Part shown: one piece after another, positions 9,005-17,439 of the stretch
How positions within the stretch are numbered: the first letter of the stretch is position 1
Layout: every line of letters begins with the position of its first letter
Source of the DNA: Rhodothermales bacterium
Lineage (GTDB): Bacteria; Bacteroidota; Rhodothermia; Rhodothermales; Bin80
Assembly (NCBI GenBank): GCA_012271185.1
Contig: JAAXGV010000128.1
Coordinates: forward strand, 1-41,188
Length of the DNA stretch: 41,188 nt
Direction of reading: 5' to 3'
Translations under genes and position numbers: made by a program
The notes under the pieces: generated by a model
What the model saw: the letters and a program-made list of their open reading frames with translations, nothing else
What the model was told of the DNA's origin: nothing
Database searches by the model: none

Positions 9005-9033
9005 TTAGACGCACAACATCACCGAAATATTCC
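9005..9033 (-). promoter_or_regulatory. Candidate ECF-type promoter (GGAAT-N17-CGTCTAA) upstream of the array
   Basis: The minus strand reads GGAAT (9033..9029), a 17-nt spacer, then CGTCTAA (9011..9005). The -10 element ends 28 nt before ATG 8976. It has the same architecture as the motif at 8472-8498. Confidence 0.4.
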
Positions 9034-9121
9034 CAGCGGGACCAGCTCCGGAGAACACAACCAGTTATCCGCACCTGTTGTATGTTTCAGTGCTAAGGCT
9101 TATTGCTTTTCTGAACTGCTT

Positions 9122-10315
9122 ATGGCCGCCAAGGGCACCATTGGGATTCTTACAGGAGGCGGCGATGTGCCAGGGCTTAACCCTGCAATTCGTGCTGTTA
9201 CCGTTCGTGCATTGCGTGAGGGCTATCGCGTCATAGGCATCCGCCGGGGGTGGGCGGGGCTCGTGGAGCTGATCCCGGATCGGGAAGCGGACAATTCCGG
9301 CAGCTTTCAGGAGCTCTCGGAGGATATTGTCAACCGGGCGGCTCGCACGGGCGGGACGTTTCTGCACAGCTCCCGAACACGTCCGAGCCACTTGCCGGCG
9401 GCCAACATGCCAGCCCATTTGCGGGAGTCATATGCAGAGGAAGTCAACGATGTTACGCCCGCTGTTCTGAACAATATCGAGTTCCTGGGACTGGATTATC
9501 TGATACCTATCGGTGGTGACGACACGCTGAGTTACGGCTATCGCCTGCACACAGAGGGCATAAAAGTTGTGGCGATCCCGAAGACGATGGACAACGATGT
9601 ACCCGGTACGGACTACTGCATCGGATTTGGAACGTGTGTTACCCGCACCATTGAGCTGGCACATACGCTGCGCACTTCCGCGGGCTCGCACGAGCGATTT
9701 CTGGTCATCGAGGTCTTTGGCCGGTATGCAGGCTATTCGGCACTCCTGCCGGCTATGGCGGGTGCGGCCGATCGTTGTGTGATACCCGAAGTGGACTTTG
9801 ACGTGGAGCATCTGACCGAGCTCCTGGTCTATGACCGCAACCGGCACAGCAGCAAGTACTCCGTGGTGCTGATCTCCGAAGGTGCCAAGGTTGCAGGGGA
9901 GGGCTCCATGTCTTTTCTTGGGTCTGAAAAGGACCAGTATGGCCATGCTAAGCTTGGGGGTATTGGTGCCCGCGTTGGGAGTGAGCTCAAGCGGCTTTCA
10001 TCCAAGTACAACAACGGAAAGCGCATCAACGTCGTGAATCAGCGCCTGGGCTACCTGGTGCGTTGCGGAGCACCAGATGCGCTGGATTGCATTGTGCCCA
10101 TGGCGTTTGGCAACCTTGCGCTTGATCTTATTCTGGACGGTGTCTCCGGTCAGCTGGTCAACATACATGACGGCATTTACGGGAGCACATCGCTGGAGTG
10201 TGTCAATGCGCCGCACAAAGTTGTGGACGTTGAGCGGTTCTACAACAAGGAAAGGCTGCGGCCCAGCTATCTGTCCTTTGACAACGTGCCGCTCTTCGTC
10301 ATGACTGCTGACTAG
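9122..10315 (+). CDS. 6-phosphofructokinase, probably pyrophosphate-dependent type
   Basis: From ATG 9122 it reads MAAKGTIGILTGGGDVPGLNPAIRAV, and it also carries IPIGGDDTLSY and AIPKTMDNDVPGTDYCIGFGT. The longer ORF from 8612 is an antisense read-through of the neighbouring gene. Confidence 0.9.
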   Translation: MAAKGTIGILTGGGDVPGLNPAIRAVTVRALREGYRVIGIRRGWAGLVELIPDREADNSGSFQELSEDIVNRAARTGGTFLHSSRTRPSHLPAANMPAHLRESYAEEVNDVTPAVLNNIEFLGLDYLIPIGGDDTLSYGYRLHTEGIKVVAIPKTMDNDVPGTDYCIGFGTCVTRTIELAHTLRTSAGSHERFLVIEVFGRYAGYSALLPAMAGAADRCVIPEVDFDVEHLTELLVYDRNRHSSKYSVVLISEGAKVAGEGSMSFLGSEKDQYGHAKLGGIGARVGSELKRLSSKYNNGKRINVVNQRLGYLVRCGAPDALDCIVPMAFGNLALDLILDGVSGQLVNIHDGIYGSTSLECVNAPHKVVDVERFYNKERLRPSYLSFDNVPLFVMTAD

Positions 10316-10382
10316 TCGCGATTTTGGGTGGTATTGCCTGCAGGCCGGTACTAGAAGCACGTACCTGCCCTGCTGCTGCACA

Positions 10383-11858
10383 ATGAACATCAGACCCATT
10401 CTGGCGATTACCCTGGCGCTGCTGCCAGGCGCGGCCCTTTCCCAGGAGATCGCAGTCAAGTCCATCCCGGTTGCTACAGGCAGCCAGTTCCTGTTGTATC
10501 CGTCGGAGTCTGTCGCCATGGGAGGCGTGGATATTGCGCTGGACGATGCATTGGCGGATCCGTTCGACAACCCTGCGAAGGGGGTCAACATCCGAGAGAG
10601 CTTTTTTACGAGCACGCCGTATTACTACACCATAGGGGCTACCCCGGGTTTTGACGGACACGCCACCCGCACTCTGCCGGCGGGCGCCTTGGTTCGCCGC
10701 GGGCGTTACTTCGGGACCGGCGCCCTTGCGTGGCAGGAGATGATTCGGCGCAGGACTGGGGTATGTTGTTTTTTTTCTGACGCGACTTCCAGCTTTGCCA
10801 TGACGACGGTGCCTGTTGAACGGAGTGCCACGACGCGCAACAATCTGTATTTCTCTGCCACAGGAGGCATGGTGCTGCGCGAAGGGTTAAGCGTGGGTGC
10901 CGGCGCATTTCTGGCGAGTCTGAGGGGGATAGAGGGTGTACAGCTGCTTTACAGCCAGGGCAACGATGTGGACCAAGAGGGCCGCATGGCGACCTACAAG
11001 CTTGGCCTGTATCAGCGCTGGCCGGATGGACGCACCGCGGAGGCAGTGGCGCAGCATCATCGTTTCAGCATGTCGCACGCGATGGTGAGTGTGTTCTGGG
11101 TTGACGACGAGTGGCAGAGTGAGCAGCGGCTGGAGAAGGACGAGACCAACGGTATAGCACTGCGTGTGAGCTACACCCAGCCGGTGTCCCGCGGGTGGAC
11201 GGTCGGTGCGCGGCTTGTTGGAGACTGGAAGCGCCACCCGAAAATCCCCAACTACGATCTGATGCAGATTCCGCGTGATCCAGGAAACACGGGTGCGTAC
11301 AACATTGGGGTTGGGCTTTCGCGCGTGATAGAGAAGACGACGTATGCCTTGGACCTCGTCTATGAACCCATCTGGAGTCACACATGGGCCAACGCGGAGG
11401 AGGACATCCTCATTGACGGGGAGCCCACGGGTGTCTGGGCCGGTGACATGACGGTGGAGAACTATTTCCGCTTTAACAACAGCTTCTTTCGCATGGGGGT
11501 GCAGCAGGCCGGCAGTCGCCTGGGGTTCCAGCTGGGCCTGAACCTGCGTCTGTATCGGTACCGGTTGAATCAGGAGAACTTTGTTCTGCGCTCCAAGCGT
11601 GAACTTCACGAAGCATGGGGCGAATGGACGTTAACGACGGGCTTGGGCTGCAACTTCACGGGGTTCAGGCTTCAGTACCTTAGCATATTGACGTGGGGAA
11701 CGGGCCAGCCTGGTCTGGCGCAACCTGGTGTCGGTATGGCTGAGGATCTGGCTTCGAGTTACGCCAGCTTTGTCGTAGCTCCTGCCGGTGCGCTTGACCT
11801 GCTGGACGCGAGAGTCTGGACACATCGCCTCTCGCTGATCATCCCGCTTTCTGAATAA
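10383..11858 (+). CDS. Secreted protein of unknown function, possibly an outer-membrane beta-barrel
   Basis: 491 aa with a signal peptide (ILAITLALLPGAALSQ). Alternating hydrophobic/polar stretches with many aromatic-ended segments (GFQLGLNLRLYRY, GFRLQYLSILTW, THRLSLIIPLSE) suggest beta strands. No family recognised. Confidence 0.45.
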   Translation: MNIRPILAITLALLPGAALSQEIAVKSIPVATGSQFLLYPSESVAMGGVDIALDDALADPFDNPAKGVNIRESFFTSTPYYYTIGATPGFDGHATRTLPAGALVRRGRYFGTGALAWQEMIRRRTGVCCFFSDATSSFAMTTVPVERSATTRNNLYFSATGGMVLREGLSVGAGAFLASLRGIEGVQLLYSQGNDVDQEGRMATYKLGLYQRWPDGRTAEAVAQHHRFSMSHAMVSVFWVDDEWQSEQRLEKDETNGIALRVSYTQPVSRGWTVGARLVGDWKRHPKIPNYDLMQIPRDPGNTGAYNIGVGLSRVIEKTTYALDLVYEPIWSHTWANAEEDILIDGEPTGVWAGDMTVENYFRFNNSFFRMGVQQAGSRLGFQLGLNLRLYRYRLNQENFVLRSKRELHEAWGEWTLTTGLGCNFTGFRLQYLSILTWGTGQPGLAQPGVGMAEDLASSYASFVVAPAGALDLLDARVWTHRLSLIIPLSE

Positions 11859-12104
11859 GTATTGTGGCATGGCTGGTACAGGCCCATCTTACTGCTGGTG
11901 CCCGGATCAGGCCTTGCTGTCATCTTGGGGATAATCGGGTTTGTTTGTGCGGTGAAGTTTTCGGGGTGCACGCCAGCCGGCATGCATGAGTGGCCGGTAC
12001 CTGCAGCCAGCTCCCTGAGACTGCCGGGTACACCCTGCAACAGCGACTGACCACTGTCGTATTCTTATCTTCTCACATAAACTGGGTATTGCCGCACTAA
12101 CGCC

Positions 12105-12656
12105 ATGGATGCGTTGTATTGGGCCTGTCTCATTGTCGGTGGTGTGTCGGTGCTGGCCACCATCTTCGGGGGCGGTGACGCCGATGCCGGGGTAGAGGCT
12201 GACTTCGATGCGGATGCAGACATTGACACGACCGTTGATGCAGGGACGGGGTGGGTGGACTTGTTCTCCTTGCGGACCGTTCTGCTGTTTGCTGCTTTCT
12301 TTGGTCTCTGTGGTGTGTTGCTGTCGCTTGCTGATGTGTCTGAACTTACTAGGGCGGTCGTGTCGCTGGTGACAGGCCTGGGCATCGGGATCGCGGGTAA
12401 CTTCGTGATCAAGCGGGTCGGCTATGAGCACGTATCCAGTATCGTGACGGCAGAAGATCTCAGTGGTCACACGGCAAAGGTTCTGCTGCCATTTGGTCAG
12501 TCCGATAAAGGCAAAATCTCCATGGTGGGCAAAGGCCGGCGCATCCAGCTGGTGGCCCGTTCGTACGAGGGTACGCCGGAGACTTACAGCCTGGGCGATG
12601 AAGTAGTTATAGTGCGTGTAAAAGAGGGCGTAGCGGAAGTAGTTAAGCCTTCCTGA
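12105..12656 (+). CDS. NfeD/YqiJ-like membrane protein
   Basis: 183 aa with an N-terminal TM, an acidic loop (DADAGVEADFDADADIDTTVDAG) and two more TMs. The C-terminal soluble OB-like part reads GHTAKVLLPF..GKISMVGKGRRIQLVARS..GDEVVIVRV. It lies directly upstream of a flotillin gene, the classical NfeD-SPFH pairing. Confidence 0.7.
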   Translation: MDALYWACLIVGGVSVLATIFGGGDADAGVEADFDADADIDTTVDAGTGWVDLFSLRTVLLFAAFFGLCGVLLSLADVSELTRAVVSLVTGLGIGIAGNFVIKRVGYEHVSSIVTAEDLSGHTAKVLLPFGQSDKGKISMVGKGRRIQLVARSYEGTPETYSLGDEVVIVRVKEGVAEVVKPS

Positions 12657-12685
12657 CCGGATATCACACCAGACACTTATCAGTT

Positions 12686-13915
12686 ATGGAAATCGGACTT
12701 ATCATCGGTTTGGTGGTTGTCACAGCCTTTTTTACTCTGCTGGGGATTATCAAGGCCAATCTTCATCTCTGTCAGCCTAACGAAGCGCTGATATTTAGCG
12801 GGCGCAAGCGTCACCTCAAGGATGGGACGAGGGTCGGGTACCGCATTGTGCAGGGAGGGCGGGGGTTACGCATTCCACTGCTTGAGCGTGTTGACAGAAT
12901 CGGCCTCAACACGATTCCTATCGACCTGACAGTGGTGAACGCCTATTCGAAAGGAGGCATACCGCTCACGGTCCGTGCCATTGCCAACGTGAAAGTGGCT
13001 TCTCACGAAACCGAGCTGGCCAATGCCGTAGAGCGGCTGCTGGGCAAGGAGCAGTATGAGATACAGACCATCGCCAAGGAAACTCTTGAGGGTAACCTGC
13101 GCGGGGTACTGGCAACGTTGACGCCGGAAGAGGTCAACGAGGATCGTCTCAAGTTCGGGAAAGAACTTTTGGCTGAGGCGGATGCGGACCTCAGCAACCT
13201 GGGGCTGCAGCTGGACACCATGAAGATCCAGAGTGTGGAAGACGAGGCAGGTTACCTTGACGCGATTGGACGGCAGCAGTCGGCACACATCATTGCCGCG
13301 GCCCGCATAGCAGAAGCGGAAAAGAAAGAACAGGCGCGTCTTGTGGAGGCTGATGCGGAAAAGAGCATTGAGCGAGCCGACAACGAGGTTCGGGTACTGA
13401 AAGCCAGGCTTGCGGCCAAAGCACGCGCAGAGGAAGCGCGAGTGGACGTAGCTGCAGACGTGGCGGAGGCCCAGGCCAAGCAGGAGCTCGCCATAGAAGA
13501 GATCAAGCTGTCAGAGAAGCGGGCGCGTGCTGATATTGTGGTGAAGGCTGAGGCTGAACGTCTGGCCAAGGAAGAAATTGCCAAAGGCAACGCTGCGCGG
13601 ATCCTTGAAGACGGGCAGGCGGAAGTCGAGGTATTGCGGCAAAAGCTGGCGCTGTGGAACGAGGCTGGCAGCGATGCAGAGCGTCTGTTCCTGATTCAGA
13701 TGCTGCCGGATATCCTGTCGCAGGTTGTGCAGACTGTCGATAGCCTCAAGATAGATAAGCTGACTGTCGTGGACAGCGGCCAAGGCACAGGTGTGCCAGC
13801 CGTGTTCAATCAGATTGCAGGAGCCACACCAGCGCTGCTGGAAAGCCTGAAAGCCTCCACAGGTATCGATGTGGCAGGTATGCTGGGCCGCGCGTCAGAG
13901 GCCGGCGGCAGCTAA
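12686..13915 (+). CDS. SPFH/band-7 family flotillin (YqiK/FloT-like)
   Basis: 409 aa with an N-terminal TM and an SPFH core (ALIFSGRK..YRIVQGGRGLRIPLLERV..IPIDLTV..IPLTVRAIANVKV). A long Ala/Glu-rich coiled-coil flotillin region follows. Confidence 0.85.
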   Translation: MEIGLIIGLVVVTAFFTLLGIIKANLHLCQPNEALIFSGRKRHLKDGTRVGYRIVQGGRGLRIPLLERVDRIGLNTIPIDLTVVNAYSKGGIPLTVRAIANVKVASHETELANAVERLLGKEQYEIQTIAKETLEGNLRGVLATLTPEEVNEDRLKFGKELLAEADADLSNLGLQLDTMKIQSVEDEAGYLDAIGRQQSAHIIAAARIAEAEKKEQARLVEADAEKSIERADNEVRVLKARLAAKARAEEARVDVAADVAEAQAKQELAIEEIKLSEKRARADIVVKAEAERLAKEEIAKGNAARILEDGQAEVEVLRQKLALWNEAGSDAERLFLIQMLPDILSQVVQTVDSLKIDKLTVVDSGQGTGVPAVFNQIAGATPALLESLKASTGIDVAGMLGRASEAGGS

Positions 13916-14027
13916 CTCTGTCAGTAATCAGACTATCTACTTGACTTTCTAACGCATGCCGCTTAGTATAGGCGGCAGATAACACAGAATCAGATCCTTC
14001 GGACCCTGCGCGCCGCGCCGTTGCGTC

Positions 14028-14357
14028 TGTGAGGTGTTCAACTTCCGGGATGTACGCGGACAGCTGCAGCATGCCGGGTGCCTGAAGGCCCTCAAGATGC
14101 TGTAGGCTGACCTTGTCGGCGCCCCGGCGCGCGGTGGCAGGTCCGGCCGCGCGTCTGCTGGACCGTCCCGTACCGGCGGCACGGGCGGTGCCGCGGTCGC
14201 TCCGGCACCTTCGCGGCCTGGAGATTGCTCCGGTGGCGTGCCCGGAGCAGCGGGCGGTATGGAACACGTTCATGCACGCGGAGCATCCCCGGGGCGTGAC
14301 CCGGTTTGCGGGGCGCAGATGCGCTACCTGATCGGCAGCGATCACGGCACTCTCGGA
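14028..14357 (+). pseudogene. DUF4338 (DruA-family) gene remnant, N-terminal/middle part
   Basis: Three plus-strand pieces fit my recollection of DUF4338 proteins (..CEAWNW..NG....M.CR.....L and L....V......LWN.LI..HYLGY....GAQLRY.V). They are CEVFNFRDVRGQLQHAGCLKALKML followed by a stop; then LRGLEIAPVACPEQRAVWNTFMHAEHPRGVTRFAG (ORF 14113..14331); then AQMRYLIGSDHGTLG (ORF 14238 frame). It has at least one stop and two frame changes. Confidence 0.45.
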
Positions 14358-14358
14358 G

Positions 14359-14662
14359 TCAAGTCCCAATCGTGCCGCAATTTGGTTTTTTATTGGTGTA
14401 GGGAAGCCGCAGGTCCGCCGCCCCCATCGCTTCGTTCCCGTTCCGCCACTGGTGGTGCACGCCGGCCACGTGTGGCTTTGTCGCACCATGCTCGCCATAC
14501 AGCCGAACAGTGTTGCCAGCGGGGAAGCAGGCCACCCACTTGAAGGCGCTGTGCTTCACTGGCCGCAAAACCATCCAGGCGAGATGGCTCGTTGTGCGGG
14601 TCGATGTGCGGAGCATGTCTGTTGTCAGGCCATTTTGGTGGGAACCAGGCAGCACACATCAC
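14359..14662 (-). pseudogene. Possible inverted C-terminal half of the same DUF4338 remnant
   Basis: Minus-strand frames read CAAWFPPKW.., ..HLAWMVLRPVKH.. and ..RLYGEHG...WRNGNEAMGAADLRL. These loosely parallel the DUF4338 segments AAAWK/PRD, RFLILPWVxVxH, RYGxxP and RFxGTCYRAANW in the right order. The similarity is weak and relies on memory. Confidence 0.25.
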
Positions 14663-17382
14663 TGCGGGTCAAGAATGCTGCCATCGGCGTCGATCAGGGT
14701 GATGTCTCCAGGCGCCAGGGCCCGGAGGCCGGGCTCAATGGCAGCGCGGTCCCCTACGACAACCCAAACCAGGCTGTCAGGCCGAAGCACCTCGTGTGCA
14801 GCAGCGGTGACATGCTCCACATCAAGGGCCCGAACCTGCTGTGCGTAATTGTCATAGTAGTCTTCTGGCAGGCTATACTGGACCATATTGACGACAGACT
14901 GAAGGACGGCACTGCTGGTTTCCCAGCGACCGGCGAGTGAATGCGTAAGGCTTTCCTGTGCCTTGAGCACTTCTTCGCTGGTGGGAGGTGTGTCGCCGCT
15001 CATGCCGCGCACCTCGTTCAGGATTTCCTGGATTGATTCGCAGGTCTTATCGCCCTGGACCGAAGCGACGATGATAAACGGGCGTTGGCCCCGCGCTGTT
15101 ACGATCACAGACTGTGCACCATAGCACCAGCCCTTGTCTTCTCGCAGATTCATGTTGATGCGGGAAGTGAATGAACCGCCCAGGATCTTGTTCATCGTTG
15201 CAATGGCGAGGTTATTGGGCACATTGCGCGGTGGTGCGACAAGTCCTGCAAAGATGATGGACTGCACTGACCCGGGGCGATCAATGAGATATACCGAAGG
15301 GGTGTCATGATGCGTTACTGCCGCGATGTTCTTTTCCGGCAACGTGCCGGCCGGCCAGCCATGGAAGTGTGCTTCAAGCAGGGGCATGACTTCTTCTAGG
15401 GCTGTGTCCCCTGCGACGACAACGGTGGCGTTTTTCGCCTTGAACCATGCTTGATGAAACGCCACCACATCCTCACGTGTCATCGACAAGATCGAGGATT
15501 CGGTGCCGCTGCCGGTAAGCGGCAGGCTGTATGCATGCCCGTCACCATACAACAGCCGCGGAAAAACCCTCAGTGCCATAGAGAGCGGAGCAGATTTTTC
15601 GTTCTGGATAAGGGCGAGTCGTTCTTGGCGGATGCGGTTAAACTCGCCCTGCGGGAACGCAGGGCTGAGGATCACTTCGGCAAAGGTGTTCAGGCTGGGT
15701 TCCAAGTGCTCCTTCAGTGCCGACAAACCCACTGAGGAACCGTCCAGGTTGGAGCCCGCGCCCAGTGTGGCGCCAAGGTTGGCAAGCAGATCACTGATCT
15801 GCAGCGAAGTGCGTGTGGCGGTTCCCATGGGCAGTATGCCCATAGCCAGGCTTGCGGTGCCCGGGATACCAAGCTGGTCTGCCGCGAATCCCGCATCAAG
15901 AAACAGGGACATATGCACCACAGGTGTACCATGCCGCTCCGCGAGGAGCACCTTTATGCCACTGGAGAGGGTGGCGCGTCGTATCACAGGGAATGGAGCA
16001 TCGGGTGGTGTGACCACCGCGGGCAGGCTGTCGCGTTCCGCACCCCGCCTGACAGGCTTTAACGGAGCAAACGGGTGCACCTCCAGGACATAGACGCCAT
16101 CTGCAAGCCACCGTTCGGCAGTTTGGCGCACGTCTTCCAGCGTAGCCGACCTTCTGGCTTCGAACTCGTCAGTAAAGGCGCATGGGTCGCCACGGTATAC
16201 CTCGCCCCGTGCCAGGATAGCCGACTTGCCTCCAAAGCCCCCAATGCGCTCAACACGGCGAATAAAATGCGCCTCCCCTTCGGTGAGGACACGTCTCAGC
16301 TCGTGCCGGGCGGGGCCTTCATCCAAAAAACGATTGAGCTCCTCATCCAGGACAGCTTCGACCATGCGCAGGTCCTTTCCCGGATGGGCTTTTCCCGTGA
16401 TCACAAACTGGCTTCCTATTTCGCCTCCGTTCAAGTAGGCGGACACGCTGGTGGCAATCTGATCATCGTAGACGAGGCGCTTGTACAGGCGGGAGGTCAT
16501 TCCACTGGCGAGGACAGATGATGCCAGAGCCAACCTGTTGAAGTCCTTCGTATAGGTTGCGGGCACATTCCACACCTTGTAGATGCACGCCTGCGGCACG
16601 CGATCCTGCATGATTTCGCGCTGCATGCCTGTGCGTTTTGCTACCCAGGACCTGTACTGTACCACCGGTGGTCCCGGTGGAATGTCACCAAAGTATTTTT
16701 CGGTCAGCTCTTTGGCTTCCGTCGCATTGATGGTGCCAGCGATAACCAAGACCGCGTTGTTGGGGCCATAGTAAGCCTTGAACCACTCATGCACGTCCTC
16801 CACGCTTGCAGCGTCCAGGTCCTCCATGGATCCGATCACGGTGTGGCCATAAGGGTGCCCTCTGAAGTAGGTGGCGCTGGTGATGCGGTTTTGGACCTGT
16901 CCGTACGGCTGGTTTTCGCCTTCGCGCTTTTCGTTTTTTACTACGCGGCGCTGTTCATCCAGCTTGTCCTGGTCAATGGCCCCGAGAAGATGGCCCATCC
17001 GGTCTGATTCCATCCACAGCGCCAGGTTCAGCGCGCCTCTTGGAACGTTTTGAAAATAGTTTGTACGGTCCCTGTTGGTTGTTCCATTCAGCTCTGTGGC
17101 GCCTGCGCGCTCCATGGCCTTGAAATAATCATCATTGAAATGCTCCGAGCCATTAAACATCAGGTGCTCGAAGAGGTGGGCAAAGCCGCTGCGCCCTTCG
17201 GGCTCGTTCTTTGAACCGACGTGATACCACACGTTAACAGCCACGATGGGTGCTTTGTGATCCTCGTGGACGATCACGGTAAGTCCGTTGCTGAGCTGGA
17301 ACTTCGTATAACGTATTTCCGGAAGTGTCATCGTTCTACGGCTTGCGAAAACGGTGCCGGCTGTACGCACCATGCCGGTCAC
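14659..17382 (-). CDS. M16-family zinc metallopeptidase (insulinase/PqqL-like, about 900 aa), no signal peptide
   Basis: It carries the inverted zinc motif HLFEHLMFNGSE, with NEKREGENQPYG downstream. Two M16 active/inactive domain pairs run over 907 aa. The N-terminus (MTGMVRTAGTVFASRRTMTLPEIRY) has no hydrophobic signal. An alternative ATG lies at 17331. Confidence 0.9.
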   Translation of the reverse strand: MTGMVRTAGTVFASRRTMTLPEIRYTKFQLSNGLTVIVHEDHKAPIVAVNVWYHVGSKNEPEGRSGFAHLFEHLMFNGSEHFNDDYFKAMERAGATELNGTTNRDRTNYFQNVPRGALNLALWMESDRMGHLLGAIDQDKLDEQRRVVKNEKREGENQPYGQVQNRITSATYFRGHPYGHTVIGSMEDLDAASVEDVHEWFKAYYGPNNAVLVIAGTINATEAKELTEKYFGDIPPGPPVVQYRSWVAKRTGMQREIMQDRVPQACIYKVWNVPATYTKDFNRLALASSVLASGMTSRLYKRLVYDDQIATSVSAYLNGGEIGSQFVITGKAHPGKDLRMVEAVLDEELNRFLDEGPARHELRRVLTEGEAHFIRRVERIGGFGGKSAILARGEVYRGDPCAFTDEFEARRSATLEDVRQTAERWLADGVYVLEVHPFAPLKPVRRGAERDSLPAVVTPPDAPFPVIRRATLSSGIKVLLAERHGTPVVHMSLFLDAGFAADQLGIPGTASLAMGILPMGTATRTSLQISDLLANLGATLGAGSNLDGSSVGLSALKEHLEPSLNTFAEVILSPAFPQGEFNRIRQERLALIQNEKSAPLSMALRVFPRLLYGDGHAYSLPLTGSGTESSILSMTREDVVAFHQAWFKAKNATVVVAGDTALEEVMPLLEAHFHGWPAGTLPEKNIAAVTHHDTPSVYLIDRPGSVQSIIFAGLVAPPRNVPNNLAIATMNKILGGSFTSRINMNLREDKGWCYGAQSVIVTARGQRPFIIVASVQGDKTCESIQEILNEVRGMSGDTPPTSEEVLKAQESLTHSLAGRWETSSAVLQSVVNMVQYSLPEDYYDNYAQQVRALDVEHVTAAAHEVLRPDSLVWVVVGDRAAIEPGLRALAPGDITLIDADGSILDPQ

Positions 17383-17439
17383 AAGCTGGCACCGCTGTGG
17401 CGGGTTTCAAATCCGCAACGTCTCTGAATCAGAGGCTCG

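Noticed and set aside
8612-9121. 5' extension of the 567-aa ORF 8612..10315 upstream of the phosphofructokinase start
   Set aside because: The extension is antisense to the LTXXQ gene 8590..8976, is Ser/Arg-rich and is not PFK-like. PFK similarity starts at MAAKGTIGILTGGGD (ATG 9122).
17400-17416. tRNA T-arm-like sequence GCGGGTTTCAAATCCGC between the two M16 genes
   Set aside because: The loop is TTTCAAA rather than TTCAAAT. There is no matching acceptor stem, D arm or anticodon arm nearby, and the upstream part lies in coding sequence. It is more likely a small intergenic hairpin.
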